From: the human T2T-CHM13v2.0 reference genome, Homo sapiens
DNA length: 64,000 nt
Reading direction: 5' to 3' (one strand)
Assembly (NCBI RefSeq): GCF_009914755.1
Contig: NC_060947.1
Shown: in pieces, positions 13,101-29,480 of the stretch
Numbering within the stretch: position 1 is the stretch's first letter
How the letters are laid out: every line of letters starts with the position of its first letter
Notes under the pieces: model-generated
Told to the model about the DNA's origin: nothing
Databases searched by the model: none
The model's input: only the letters and a program-made list of their open reading frames with translations
Position numbers and translations under genes: made by a program

Positions 13101-14165
13101 CTTGGGCACTCCAAAGACCGAAGGCTGGAATAGCTATCACCAAAACAGAAAAGGTTGAGGTCTGCCCCTCCCTCTGGGAGCTAAGTCTCAGGGTGGTTTC
13201 ACAACTCTATTTTCTGGAAAACACCAGCAAGTGTGTCTGGAGACCTGTTGGGAGATCCTGCCCAGTAAGGAGGAACAGAATAAGGGATCTGCTTTAAAAA
13301 GCAGTCTGGTCATGTTCTCATGGAGTAGCTATGCTTTGGTGGGAGACCGCCTCTGCCTCCCTGTAGGCTCAGATTCTCCAAAGCCTGAAAACTGGAATGG
13401 TTAAGTCACCCAAACAGCAAAGATGGTGGCCCACTCCTTTACCTGGGGGCTCCCTCTTAGGGAATTGTGATGCTACAGGTGGCTGGCTAGAATTTCAAGT
13501 CTGTGGTTCTTATCCTGTGAGGTACCTTGGAGGTGGGGGTTGCAGACTGTCACTGCTTGGTGCCTTGGAATCAGCCTCTTTCCTAGGGTTATGTATGGGG
13601 ACCTGACTTCCCGATTGGCTACAGTAGTAGCTTCTTTTGTTGGGATGCCTGGAAAGTCTGAGTATCTAACACTCCTGTATCTCCACACATGCCTGAGCAG
13701 CTGCTCTGTATCATGCTATTTTGATTTCTGTACCTCTACAGTATAATTTAAAGTCATAAAGTCATGTAATAGCTTGGGCCATTCTGGGTCTTTTTTGATT
13801 CTATGCAAGACTCCATGTATCTCTGTGTGTCAGACTGAAGACCCTGGTAGAGTGGGTTCATGAGGTAGTTTCCTGACCCAAGGGTTGCAAAAATCCATGG
13901 GTGAAGCATGGGTTTCCAGGGTCACACATTTACTCACCACTTCCCCAGGTGGGGGAGTTCCCTTGGTTCCATGTAGCTCCTGCATAAGCCATTGTCTTGC
14001 CTTGCTAGTCTCCATTCTCCATGAGTCAAGTTATTTTCTTGATTATTCTCAATGCAAGTACAGGGATGCTTGAGTTGAAGTTCCTGTATTTACTCATTCC
14101 CTTTTTTCTCTCCATGAGAGCCGCATACATTAGATGCTTCTAGTCGTCCATCTTGTCCACCTCCC
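6130..14165 (-). mobile_element. Full-length old L1PA (roughly L1PA11-15) with ~2.9 kb 5'UTR; ORF1 and ORF2 disrupted
   Basis: 3'UTR from 6130; ORF2 fragments ([25 protein letters not shown]); ORF1 fragment (AREKGQVTHKGKTIRLTAD); 5' terminus reads GGGAGGTGGACAAGATGGACGACTAGAAGC on the minus strand. Confidence 0.93.
7101..7134. repeat. Poly(T) run of about 34 nt inside L1 ORF2
   Basis: Directly visible. Confidence 0.95.
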
Positions 14166-18863
<4,698 letters not shown>

Positions 18864-18910
<47 letters not shown>

Positions 18911-18925
18911 CACACACACATATAA
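18864..18925. repeat. (TA)n/(CA)n microsatellite
   Basis: Directly visible. Confidence 0.95.
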
Positions 18926-19610
18926 ATTTTTTATTATGCTTTAAGTTCCGGAATACATGTGCAGTAGGTGCAGGTTTGTTACATAGGTATACACGTGACA
19001 TGGTGATTGGCTATACCTATCAATCCATCATTTACATTAGGTATTTCTCCTAATGCTCTCCCTCTCCTTGCCCCCCACCCCCCAACAGGCCCTGGAGTGT
19101 GATGTTTCCCTCCCTGTGTCCATGTGTTCTCATTGTTCAACTCCCACTTATGAGAACATGTGGTGTTTGGTTTTCTGTTCCTGTGTTAGTTTGCTGTGAA
19201 TAGTGGTTTCCAGCTGCATCCATGTAGCTCCAAAAAAACATGAACTCATCCTTTTTTTATGGCTGCATAGTATTCCATGGCATATATGTGCCACATTTTC
19301 TTTATCCAGTCTATCATTGATAGACATCTGGGTTGTTTCCAAGTCTTTGGTATTGTGAATAGTGCTGCAATTAACATACATGTGCATGTGCCTTTATAGT
19401 AGAATGATTTATAATCCTTTGGGTATATACCCAGTAATGGGATTTCTGGGTCAAATGGGATTTCTGGTTCTAGATCCTTGAGGAATCACCACACTGTCTT
19501 CCACAATGGTTGAACTAATTTACACTCCCACCAACAGCATAAAGGCATTCCTATTTCACCACATCCTCTCCGGCATGCATTGTTTCCTGACTTTTTAATG
19601 ATTGCCATTC

Positions 19611-19614
<4 letters not shown>
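18926..19614 (-). mobile_element. 5'-truncated L1PA (about L1PA6-7) 3' end
   Basis: ttattatgctttaagttccggaatacatgtgcag...gtttgttacataggtatacacgtg is an L1PA 3'UTR in antisense. Confidence 0.92.
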
Positions 19615-19657
<43 letters not shown>

Positions 19658-19801
19658 TATATATATACACACACTATATATATATATACACTATATATAT
19701 ATACACACTATATATATATATACACACTATATATATACACACTATATATATATACACACTATATATATACACACTATATATATATACTATATATATATAT
19801 A
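19615..19801. repeat. Compound (TA)n / (TATATATACACAC)n microsatellite
   Basis: Directly visible. Confidence 0.95.
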
Positions 19802-19879
19802 AATTGTGGTTTATGTGCTAAACATTAGGATAAAATCTTGCAATATATTTTAAAGAAAAAAGCATTATCTTAAGACATA

Positions 19880-20310
19880 TGTTAAAGCAAACTAAATATG
19901 GCCTGAAAAGAACTCCGTACTTCTATATTTGAGTTCTTGTGGATGAACTGTAACCTAGCTTAATAGTCAGACAAAATTGAAAACCTAACTTAGTAGTATG
20001 TACCTGTAACAATAGCTGAGTGTTGGCCAATCCCAGTGGCCATACTTCAACCACTCATAGACTGCTGAATGTTCAAACTGCATTCAAATAAGGCAAATGC
20101 TGAGTTGTAACCAATCTCACTGTTTCTGTACGTCACTTCTGATTCCTGTACGTCACTTTACCTTTTTGTCTATAAATTTGTTCTGACCACGAGACACCCC
20201 TGGAATCTCTGTGAATCTGCTATGATTCTGGGGGCTGCCTGATTCACGAATCATTTATTGCTCAATTAAACTCTTTTAAACTTAATTTGGCTGAAGTTTT
20301 TCTTTTATTA
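19880..20310 (+). mobile_element. MER57-family solo LTR (ERV1)
   Basis: tgttaaagcaaactaaatatggcctga...gctgaagtttttcttttatta; 4-bp TSD cata (19876-19879 / 20311-20314). Confidence 0.88.
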
Positions 20311-20754
20311 CATAGAAACAAATCTATTAGAGTTTACACATGCTAGGGGCCACCTGTATAACCAGATATCTGAATTAACTTCCACGTAGAATACAATGTT
20401 TATGAAAGTATAAGTAATACAAACAGGCTGATTTTACAGATAGATGCACATATAGGTAGATGTAGATATATAGATATGTACTTAAAATTCAATATAAGCA
20501 GTGGCAATTGTTTAGCACTTTGACCAACAAATGCTTTTCTCTGGAAGTGTTGTTTATTGTAGACATCGTTCAGAATTGTCTTCACATGATAATAACTAAA
20601 AGCTGTTTGAATTTTAATTAGCTTTGTTTTTCCTTTATAATTATTTATAATAAACTCCCTTAGTACTTGTGTCCAGTTCAATAATTCCCACTACCATTGG
20701 TATGCCATTAGTTTGTGCAAATTTTTCTTGTGGCTATTATTATGTAACAAAACG

Positions 20755-20898
20755 TCTCTTTTCTTTCTTTCTCCTTCCTTCCTTTCTCTTTCCTTTTGTT
20801 TTCTTTCTTTCTTTCCTTCTTTTTTTCTTTCTTTCTCTTTCTCTCTTCCTCTCTTCCTTCTTTCCTTTCTTTCTTCCACTACTTTTTTTTCCTCTCCT
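20755..20898. repeat. CT-rich low-complexity / (CTTT)n tract
   Basis: Directly visible polypyrimidine tract. Confidence 0.9.
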
Positions 20899-20974
20899 AA
20901 GGATATGTTTCAGCATGTTCAAGCCCCTGATATGTCCTACAGTAAATAAACCTATTTAACTTTACATAACCAAG

Positions 20975-21185
20975 CTAGTTAGCACGTATTACAATACTAA
21001 ACACCTGTCATGTAAAATATGATATTTGATTTCCCCAGTAACTCAATTAGTTAGATACACTATTGTTACTGATATTTTACTGATGAGTAAATTAAACATT
21101 ATTGACATTAAAATTTCAAAGATTAAACATCTAGCAATTGTTTTAAATCTAGCAATTTATTTACTTTGTTAAACACTAGCCATTT
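20975..21185 (-). mobile_element. MIR fragment
   Basis: tattttactgatgagtaaattaa resembles the MIR core cattttacagatgaggaaactga. Confidence 0.45.
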
Positions 21186-22804
21186 CTTTCCACCACCCAC
21201 AGCAGATCTGTGAAGAATCTGTGCATATCAGAGGTTAACCATGATTGAAGAGACACTGAAATCATTGTGGAAACATGATATTAGAAATAAACACTTGCAT
21301 TAAAATTTCTGGAAAAGTGAAATTATAGAAGAGGGATAAAATCACTATCGATAATAATAACCATAATATAACCATAATAATCACATAACTATAATAATCA
21401 CACCACATAATAAGTAGTGATCTGAGTAGGCAGATCACAGATTGCAAGAAAAGCCCGGAGATTATATGTGCCTGGCTACTGAACTCAATTCAGGAAGAAG
21501 GAGCTCTGTGGAGAAGTCTCTTGAAGAAATTGCCTCTAAGGGTCATAGTAAGTAAGTAAGGTGAGGTAGTCAAGTCCTTGGTGGCACCATTCATGAAAGG
21601 ATGATACAAAATTTGAGAAGATACACCAGAAAATGGAGACCGCTAGACGTAAGTTTCCATTTATCACTTTGTCATTTTTCCAGTATTTTCAAAATATTGG
21701 TTTCTTCTTCTTTCCTGCTTTTCAAATCTCATAAAAGATCTGTTTTTGGCTAACTCTAACCTGATAAATTTTTGCAATGTGAATCTAAGACACATAGTTC
21801 CTAGCTTAGCCAAGTTGACAAAGTACAGTCTAGTATAACCCTGTGGAATGATTTTCCATGGAACATTTGTTTAAGGGAAGGTACAGTATCACAAATGTCA
21901 ATTTTATATATTGTTTTTTAAAATGTTTTTCAAATCACAGACTTTATTCTAGGTCCTATCAGGTAAGTGCATTGAAATGAGCATCTTAGCAATGAGTAAA
22001 CGTAAATGCTTATCCAACATCTACATTTCAATTATATTTAGTTTATTTTGTTCAAAATTTACATTATTTTTATTGATATGATGAAAACATCATTGCTTGA
22101 GGAAAATTTATCCTGAAATTAATGCGAACTGCTAGCATTTATGATTACAATAGAGAAACTAATACAGTGTAACAAAAATGGCATTTTTAACAGTTGAAAT
22201 TAGTATCACGGAGAGAATATGACTAGAATAAAATTATATGTAGAATGAGAGACTATATCTAGAATGAAGAACTCAGATTAAATCAGACTTTTTTCTGTTT
22301 ATCTTACAATAAAATTATCTAAAAAGATTACTCATTTTTTAAAATAATTATTGTATTTTATAGGAGAACTTACATGCTACAATAATATTTATGAACTGGC
22401 ACATTCATAAGGGCCTCCAGACATATACACAAATATCATAGGTCTACTGGAATTGCTACATCTTTACTTTGAGTATGAAAGTGCCACATAGAAAGCAATA
22501 GATATCTAAACTAGACCAAAATTCTAATTTGAAATTCTAAACATATATAAAAAAATACTATGTTTTCTTGGTACAATCAATTTCCTATTTTCCTATATAT
22601 CTAGAATACCATCCCATGAATGGACTTGTGATGCTGAAATAATTTCCACTTGATCAAAATTGATATGATGTACCAAGAACTATAACTGTGAGGTTTGAAA
22701 GTGAAGATAATTTATGATATAAAAGTACATATGTTAAAAACATTTTATCCATATAATGTCAGAAACAATGACTCAACATTTCTTATTAAGAAAAATATTG
22801 TATG

Positions 22805-23452
22805 TTTAAATGGTATGTCTAGCTCATGCCTGTTCTGACATTTTAGTTTGGAAATGCATAACTTGTTTGATTTCACAGGCTCACTTCAGGACAGGACAAC
22901 AATTTGCCTCAGCATGAATCGTGCCTGAGTCTCACTTGCATGATGTTTAGAGGAGACTTTGGACTTCTAAGTTGGTGTTAGAACAAGATTCTTCAGACTA
23001 TTCAGATGGAATCAGTGTATTTTGTGTGTGAAAAGGACATGAGTTTTGTGAGACAAGGGGCACACTGCTATAGTTTGAATGTTTGTCCTTCCAAAACACA
23101 TGTTGAAAGTTAAGTGTCCTTGTAACAATATTAAGAATTACGGCCTTTAGGAGGTGAATGACCCATAAGGGCTCCACTTTCATGAATAGTTTAATGCCAT
23201 TATTGCAGGAGTGGGTTCACTGCAAAAAGACAAGTTCAGCCCCTTTTACTCTCTCTTGCCCTCTCTTTGCCCTTTTGCAATGTGATACCTTTGTTCATGT
23301 TATGTTTGACACATCAGAAAGGCTCTTGCCAGATATCAGGACTTAGATCATCGACTTCCCAGCATCTGGAATGGTAAGAAATAAATTTTTGTTCATTATA
23401 AATTACCTACTCTCAGGTATTCAGTTACAGCTGCACAAAACATACATGATAA
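22805..23452 (+). mobile_element. MST-type MaLR: internal 3' end (about 22805-23065) plus LTR (23066-23452, MSTC/D-like)
   Basis: LTR start tgctatagtttgaatgtttgtcc; end motif aataaattttt...ataaattacctactctcaggtattc; preceded by internal-type aaggacatgagtttt. Confidence 0.8.
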
Positions 23453-25397
23453 AAACCAACAGTAGGTTCTAAATTCACAAAAAATTAATCCATTCCATAA
23501 AATGATATCTCACATTGGTTCAGATAACAAAATTTTTCCGTTGTTTTTACACCTGTAATTTTCAAACAGCACTATGATTCAAAACATATTTTTCTTCAAG
23601 CCAACAAATAATTCAGTCTCTTTCAATTGACACAAGTGGGGGTATTTTTACAAAATAAAGAATGATGAACCGTGGGTCTGTAAATATAATCTACATGGAA
23701 ACAACAGGTGGTGGTGGGATATGAAAAATTAATGTCTTTATTTTTATCTTCTTTACAGGTAGTTTTGCAAGGAAAGGAAAAGTTATCATTAAAAACTACT
23801 AAATGGAATGACACTTTTGTTCCACCAAGTATATTATTACACAGATCTCAACTATTACACGCTAAATATAATAAACTTCTAACATTCACGTGTTCACCAT
23901 TTTTTCTCAATCACTTATAAAACATCCATATCTTTTATATATAGCTTTCTTATAGCTACCACTGTAAGCAAAGCATAAGCATTAAATTACTTTTATAATA
24001 TAAATATTTATTTATATTTTATACATATTATATACATAGTATATTTTATAATAACGTAGCTCTTCATATTTATGCCTGTTATCAGGCTTGGGCATTTTGG
24101 AACTCTATAAAAAAATTCCTAGCCCAATAAAACTTTAGCATCTACTTATGGTCACATATTTTCATTACTGTTCAGTCAACAATGATTTTTCAAACCCTTT
24201 AAGCAAATAACAATTGTACACACCTGGAAGTCTGTGGCCTTTGTTCTCAATAATATTAAAATTCATTAAGGAAGAAAAGACAAGGAAATAAAATGATCTA
24301 CATTTAAAAATTAATTGATTGCTCATAAAAGTGAATAGAAAGAGTGGGTTAGTAAGCATGCTTAAGGAATAAAGATTAAGATGAGAATTAATCACACATG
24401 TTTTGAAGGATGTATCACTTCTATTATTTAAAAGGGAATAAATTGGTATCTAAAGAACAGGTGTGTGGTGATTTTACTTTCAACTTGAATTGCCAGACTG
24501 TTCATGGCCTGAGATTCACTGGTGTGTGGATTTGTCTGGGGAAATGTTAGAAAAAATGGTGGATAGAGTTTTCTGGAAGTCCACTTGACTAGAGGTGCTA
24601 AAAAGTATCCTGAGATATATATTGACAGAAAAGTAGCTAGATATGACTATCCTGACCAAATACCAAGCCTTTATTATGAGAATTGGTGGGGGAGCATTAT
24701 ACAAACATCATATTATTTACAGTTGAGCTTAATTTATCTTCCCAGTTATCCATTGGACTAAAGGATGAATCATCTAGAGAGTAAGGAGACTCTAAGCCAA
24801 AACTGATAGTCATCTACCACTAATTGTTCTATGAAATACTGTGATACAAGCAAAAATGCTTTGATATCACTCTAACACTTCTAATGTGAAAGGAGAATAA
24901 AAACTATTTTTCCCTATTGCAACATGGAACACTGCAGGATTTCCATCTTGTGGACTCTGTTACTTCAGAAGCAGCAGGAGATAATGATGACCAGCAGATA
25001 TATAGTCATTAAGAATGAGTTGAGTAGGAATAATACTCCATGGAAATAAACATTCTCATGTGCATATTAGATAATGCTGCAGACCCCATAAATAAACTGG
25101 GGCAATTCTGTGATTACTATTAATAATATCCTGTTTGAATGCATGAGGTAAAAAACCAATAAAATTTTGTTTACTGCTCTTACTATAACCCTTAATAATA
25201 TATATATAGGTTGCTGAGGTCTAGGAAAAATTTGATTACACAGGAATAAAAAACATTTTAGTTACCACAATTTTGTTTGTGTAAATGTTGTTGTGTATGA
25301 GACAGAATGAGTACAAGCAAGCACAAAATTAAACTTTAAAAAAATTGTATGCTAGGGCCTAAAAGAAATTTAAAAAGAAAAAGGCAGAATCTGGAAC

Positions 25398-25569
25398 CAG
25401 ATTCTCTAAGGCCCAAAGTGTGGTTCTCCAGCCAGCAGTATTAGCATAACATGGAAGTTTGTTAGAAATATAAAATCCCAGGTTTAATGCCCAAACTCCT
25501 AAATTAGGATCTGTATGTTTTCAAGATCTCCAGGTGATTTATGTGCTCATTATAGATTGAAAAACACTA
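25398..25569. mobile_element. MER5-family hAT-Charlie MITE
   Basis: aaagtgtggttctccagccagcagtattagcataacatggaagtttgttagaaat...aagatctccaggtgattt. Confidence 0.75.
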
Positions 25570-26173
25570 TGAAAGCATTATACCTATTGCCACAAATTTG
25601 TGTTTAATATAAGTATTATGAATTTAATGTCAGAATTAGGAAAGGTGTAGTCATCATGTCAAAGAAGTGAAGAATAAGTGAAAGTACTCAGAGATACTAT
25701 GAAAGAGATAGAAGTCAGTCAATTTTAGAGAAGAAAATGTGGTATACAAATGTCAGATGAATGGTGCATATATTAATGTTTATTCACTACTCAGTCAATT
25801 TGTAATAATCTGAAATATATGTGCCATAATTACTATGGGTAATTTCTGTGACAAGTTTTGACAAAACTACAAGAGATTGGTGGAAATATAGCTAAGCTTA
25901 ATTGGGGACCACTGAGTCACTGATTATAAATGACTGATCTGGAAAAAGATAACTCCCTCCAAACAGGAAACCTAATTCAGACAAGCTTCTTTGGATTTCC
26001 CAGTAAGTTTGGTCTATATGACGTTTTAGCCTTCAGGGCATAAAAGTTCTTTGCATTTACATTCCTCAGAAGAGTTGTTTCACAAAAACTTTAGCAACTT
26101 ACTCTCAGTTATTTTCGTTATTTGTACTCTTTCAGGAAACTACATCCACTATCTTTGGAGGGGAAGGAGTATG

Positions 26174-26175
26174 CA

Positions 26176-26207
<32 letters not shown>

Positions 26208-26210
26208 TAC
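26174..26210. repeat. (CA)n microsatellite
   Basis: Directly visible. Confidence 0.95.
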
Positions 26211-27214
26211 GGGATTCAGATACGATACTTCATTCATCTCTTATAAACTTTCCAAACATCATTTGCATGCTGAACTTACTTGAAGAGTGAAATATCTTTT
26301 TACAAAATGACAGAATAGGCTATTTCAATTATCTCTAAAGCCTGTCAGGAAATTACAGCTTAGCCACATTCTGTCTTACTTCTCCTCCATAGGAATATGA
26401 CAGTTTTAAATAGCTAAATCTCTTGAATTGTATTGCTGTTAAATGTAATTTAGCTATTTACTGCCTTTTCCAGAGATTTAGTTGATGTTTTATTAAATTC
26501 ACTGATTAGCATATGTTTTATGGTTGCCGAAATATAGTCATAAATAATCAGAGAAGAGCTCTAAAATAATGATGAAACATACCTGTCTCCAGCTTTTGGA
26601 AACTTTGTCATACCAATGACTAGAAACTAAAAAAAAATTCATACTTCTTTTTGCTTCAACTGTTAAAAAGTTTTATTTACAATAAAGAGAACACTTTCAT
26701 TTCATTCGAGAAGAATAATTTTACAGTCCACATAGCTGAACAGAAAAGGATTTCCTTATAAAGATTTGCCCAAGGTGATTGCAAAGACGAGAAGACAAGG
26801 TTTTTATGTAAAAAAACTATATATTTGTTTGTTATGAGTTTCTGCTTATTATAATCACAGTACAGTATTACATATTTCAGTCTTTATCATTTATAGTACC
26901 CTCAAATAAAAAGGTTTCTTAATTTCTTATACTTATTTAGATCTGAAAATGATTTCAGCAGAGAGCCTTTGCCTTTATACCACTAAAAAAGGAAAAATAA
27001 AATTTTGAGAGTATAAAAATTTGTTTGAACTAAACTTTGAAATTAAATTTAAGTAAGAAGCTATTCCTTCAGTGTAAGGGAAAAGCACTTTCTCAATCAA
27101 AGTAATTACTTTGCATTTTTATCCCTTGTTGGGAACACCTTTAAAAAATAAAAGTTTAATACATTTTACATTAGAGTTGAAATAAATATGGTGTATTTTT
27201 AGATGATATCGAAT

Positions 27215-27825
27215 AATAATTAAATCATTATCTCTCAGTTTTAAACCCACCTTTTTATATTTGTATTCTGATGTTGTAACTGGGATTCTACAAACCACCT
27301 TTCTTTACTGGCAGGTGACTTCTTTATAGTCACTGCCAATAGGAAGTGAGAGAGACAGAGAGCAATAGAGTTGCAGGAGAGGGGTGTGGGGAGAGAAGGG
27401 AGACTAAATTACTGAAGGAGAAAAATGGTTCACATTGTTTTGCCTCATAATATCACAGCAATGTTTTCACCCTGACAATGACATTGGTTATAACATCAAT
27501 TGGTTCCAAGTTGCTGTTTTCACATATCTATGACCAGGCTAACTAGGTATTTCAGAGGTACCAGCACTCATTGAGGCTGTTTGATCCTAACTTTGTGAGG
27601 GCACTCCTCCAACCTTCTAGCTTTTAATAATGTAAGTCTCTTCATTTTGTTCCCTGAGATCTAGATCTAGGAGTTGCTTCCTGAAGCTACTACTTCTGTG
27701 ATACTTCATAGTCCTTCCTTTACCTTTACAGTTTTATAATACCTGGTTAACATATTTTATATTATATTATCTCTCTAAAATAATTGGTATAGTATGTGTG
27801 TACTGATTAGATTCAACCAACATAT
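27215..27825 (+). mobile_element. LTR33-like ERVL LTR
   Basis: tctcagttttaaacccaccttttta...ctgggattctacaaaccac...ctgccaataggaag resembles LTR33; strongly decayed. Confidence 0.6.
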
Positions 27826-28194
27826 AGAGCCTGTATTCCAGTATCTAGTCCCTTTTGATAGCTCAAATCAAAATGTTTGTTACTCAATAGAATTTAAACT
27901 TTCAAGTATTTGTTGAGTTAGTTATCTTAGCAAGATATTATGCTAGTTAATAGAGAAATTAAAATCTTCAATCAACTAATGATTTTCTGGTAAAAGCAAC
28001 ACTATACCACAGCAGTTATCATTACCAACTTTGGAATCCAAGAAGCTTTGGTTTATTCTCATTTCTACCACATATTTTCTGCATTATAATTTTGAGTCCC
28101 TAACATTTTTTTTAAAAGATGAGTGAGAATATTTAGTAATATATAACTAAAGCATAGAAACATTTTGGGATGTCTAAAGAAAAGAAAGATCCAT

Positions 28195-28700
28195 AGTAAT
28201 ATGGATTATTGACTCTAAGTCTTCACTTCTCCATAATGGGATTAAACATTTATGCCATTTGACATATAACTTTACAGTGTTCTCCCATTGTGGGGGAAGA
28301 ATACTTCCCCAGCTCATTTATATTGGGCAACGCTAAGCAACTTGCATTGGTCAATAAAATGTTAGCATATAGGACAAAATCCTTACATATGCTAGCATAG
28401 TTTGACATGGCTTCTTGTATTCTTTTCCTTCACCATGACAAGAATATGTCATCAGTAGGTGTTGGTTTAAGAAGGCTAGGAAACATTTATTGCAGACCTG
28501 AATTCAATCTACAACCTGATTCCAACCCCAATGGTTCTATAGCACTAAGCATTCTGTCTAGACTGAAGAAGAGTTACCCAGTTGAGCTTAGCCTGGATCA
28601 GCCGAACAAGAGAACTATAAGAACAAATATTTGTTGTAGCAAGCCACTAAATTGGGGGATGCTTTGTTTCACAGCATTGTTTCAGAAATAGATGACTAAG
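28195..28700 (+). mobile_element. MLT1 (H/I/J-like) MaLR LTR
   Basis: gaatacttccccagctc...acttgcattggtcaataaaatgttagca...tgttgtagcaagccactaaattgggg...acagcatt. Confidence 0.7.
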
Positions 28701-28802
28701 GAAATCATCATGAGTTGGTGGGTTGGCGATTTTAGAAATATTACATGAGATAAAACTTAAATAGCCAGTAAATTTTGAACATGATTCATACTATATTTAA
28801 GG

Positions 28803-28846
28803 GTGTGTGTGTATGTGTTTGTGTGTGAGTGTGTGTGTGTGTGTGT
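28803..28846. repeat. (TG)n microsatellite
   Basis: Directly visible. Confidence 0.9.
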
Positions 28847-29480
28847 ATTTTCAATGTCTCCAATCAGGCAACAATCCTCCTTTAATGGAGGGACTGTTTC
28901 TTACTCCTGGATTTTTTAATAAACTGTTAACTAGGAATTATAAGAGGTGAATTTCAGTATCCATTTTCCCACTGACTAATCGACAAACCTTACGATTTTA
29001 AGCAAATAATCACTCTGGGCTTATATGACCACATAATCTGTACAGCCATTATCCCCACATCAGTTTATTTTTCTTTCCTTATTTTTAAGTAAATGTTTTA
29101 GAAGAACTATTATTTTTCTAGTAAATTTTGCTTGCAAATTTAATGCTGAATAGGAAAACAACATGGTTTCTGATTAAAACAGAGGTGGTAACCAGTAGCA
29201 ACAGAGACACAGTTTTCAGAAATGACACTCATGTATTTCATTACATAAGCATAAATAGAGCCAGGAAAGATGAAACAAGACAGAGTAGGCAATCCACACC
29301 TACATTCTGTGGTTTAATTGATGCTACCAATCCCTCATTTCCTCTAAGAAGCCCTCTTCCATGTTTATTCTGGATCTTAACTTCCCACTATGAATATAAC
29401 AAGGCTGACTTTCCAGAAAAGCCATGTTAAAAATAGGATAATTATCTTAATTGTGGTACTAATGATTAAAGCATAATACT

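Noticed and set aside
6130-14165. Potentially active full-length L1
   Set aside because: ORF1 and ORF2 are fragmented into short ORFs; old subfamily.
19580-19828. IY/HT-repeat ORFs and a possible CRISPR-like array
   Set aside because: Translation of a TA/CA microsatellite; no unique spacers.
20669-20959. F/L/S-rich and K/E/R-rich ORFs
   Set aside because: Artefacts of a CT-rich low-complexity tract.
21560-21825. Possible ancient LTR fragment ending cttagccaagttgaca
   Set aside because: Similarity too short and weak to name a family or set boundaries.
24200-25200. Possible processed pseudogene in unique sequence
   Set aside because: No recognisable peptide, poly(A) tail or TSD.
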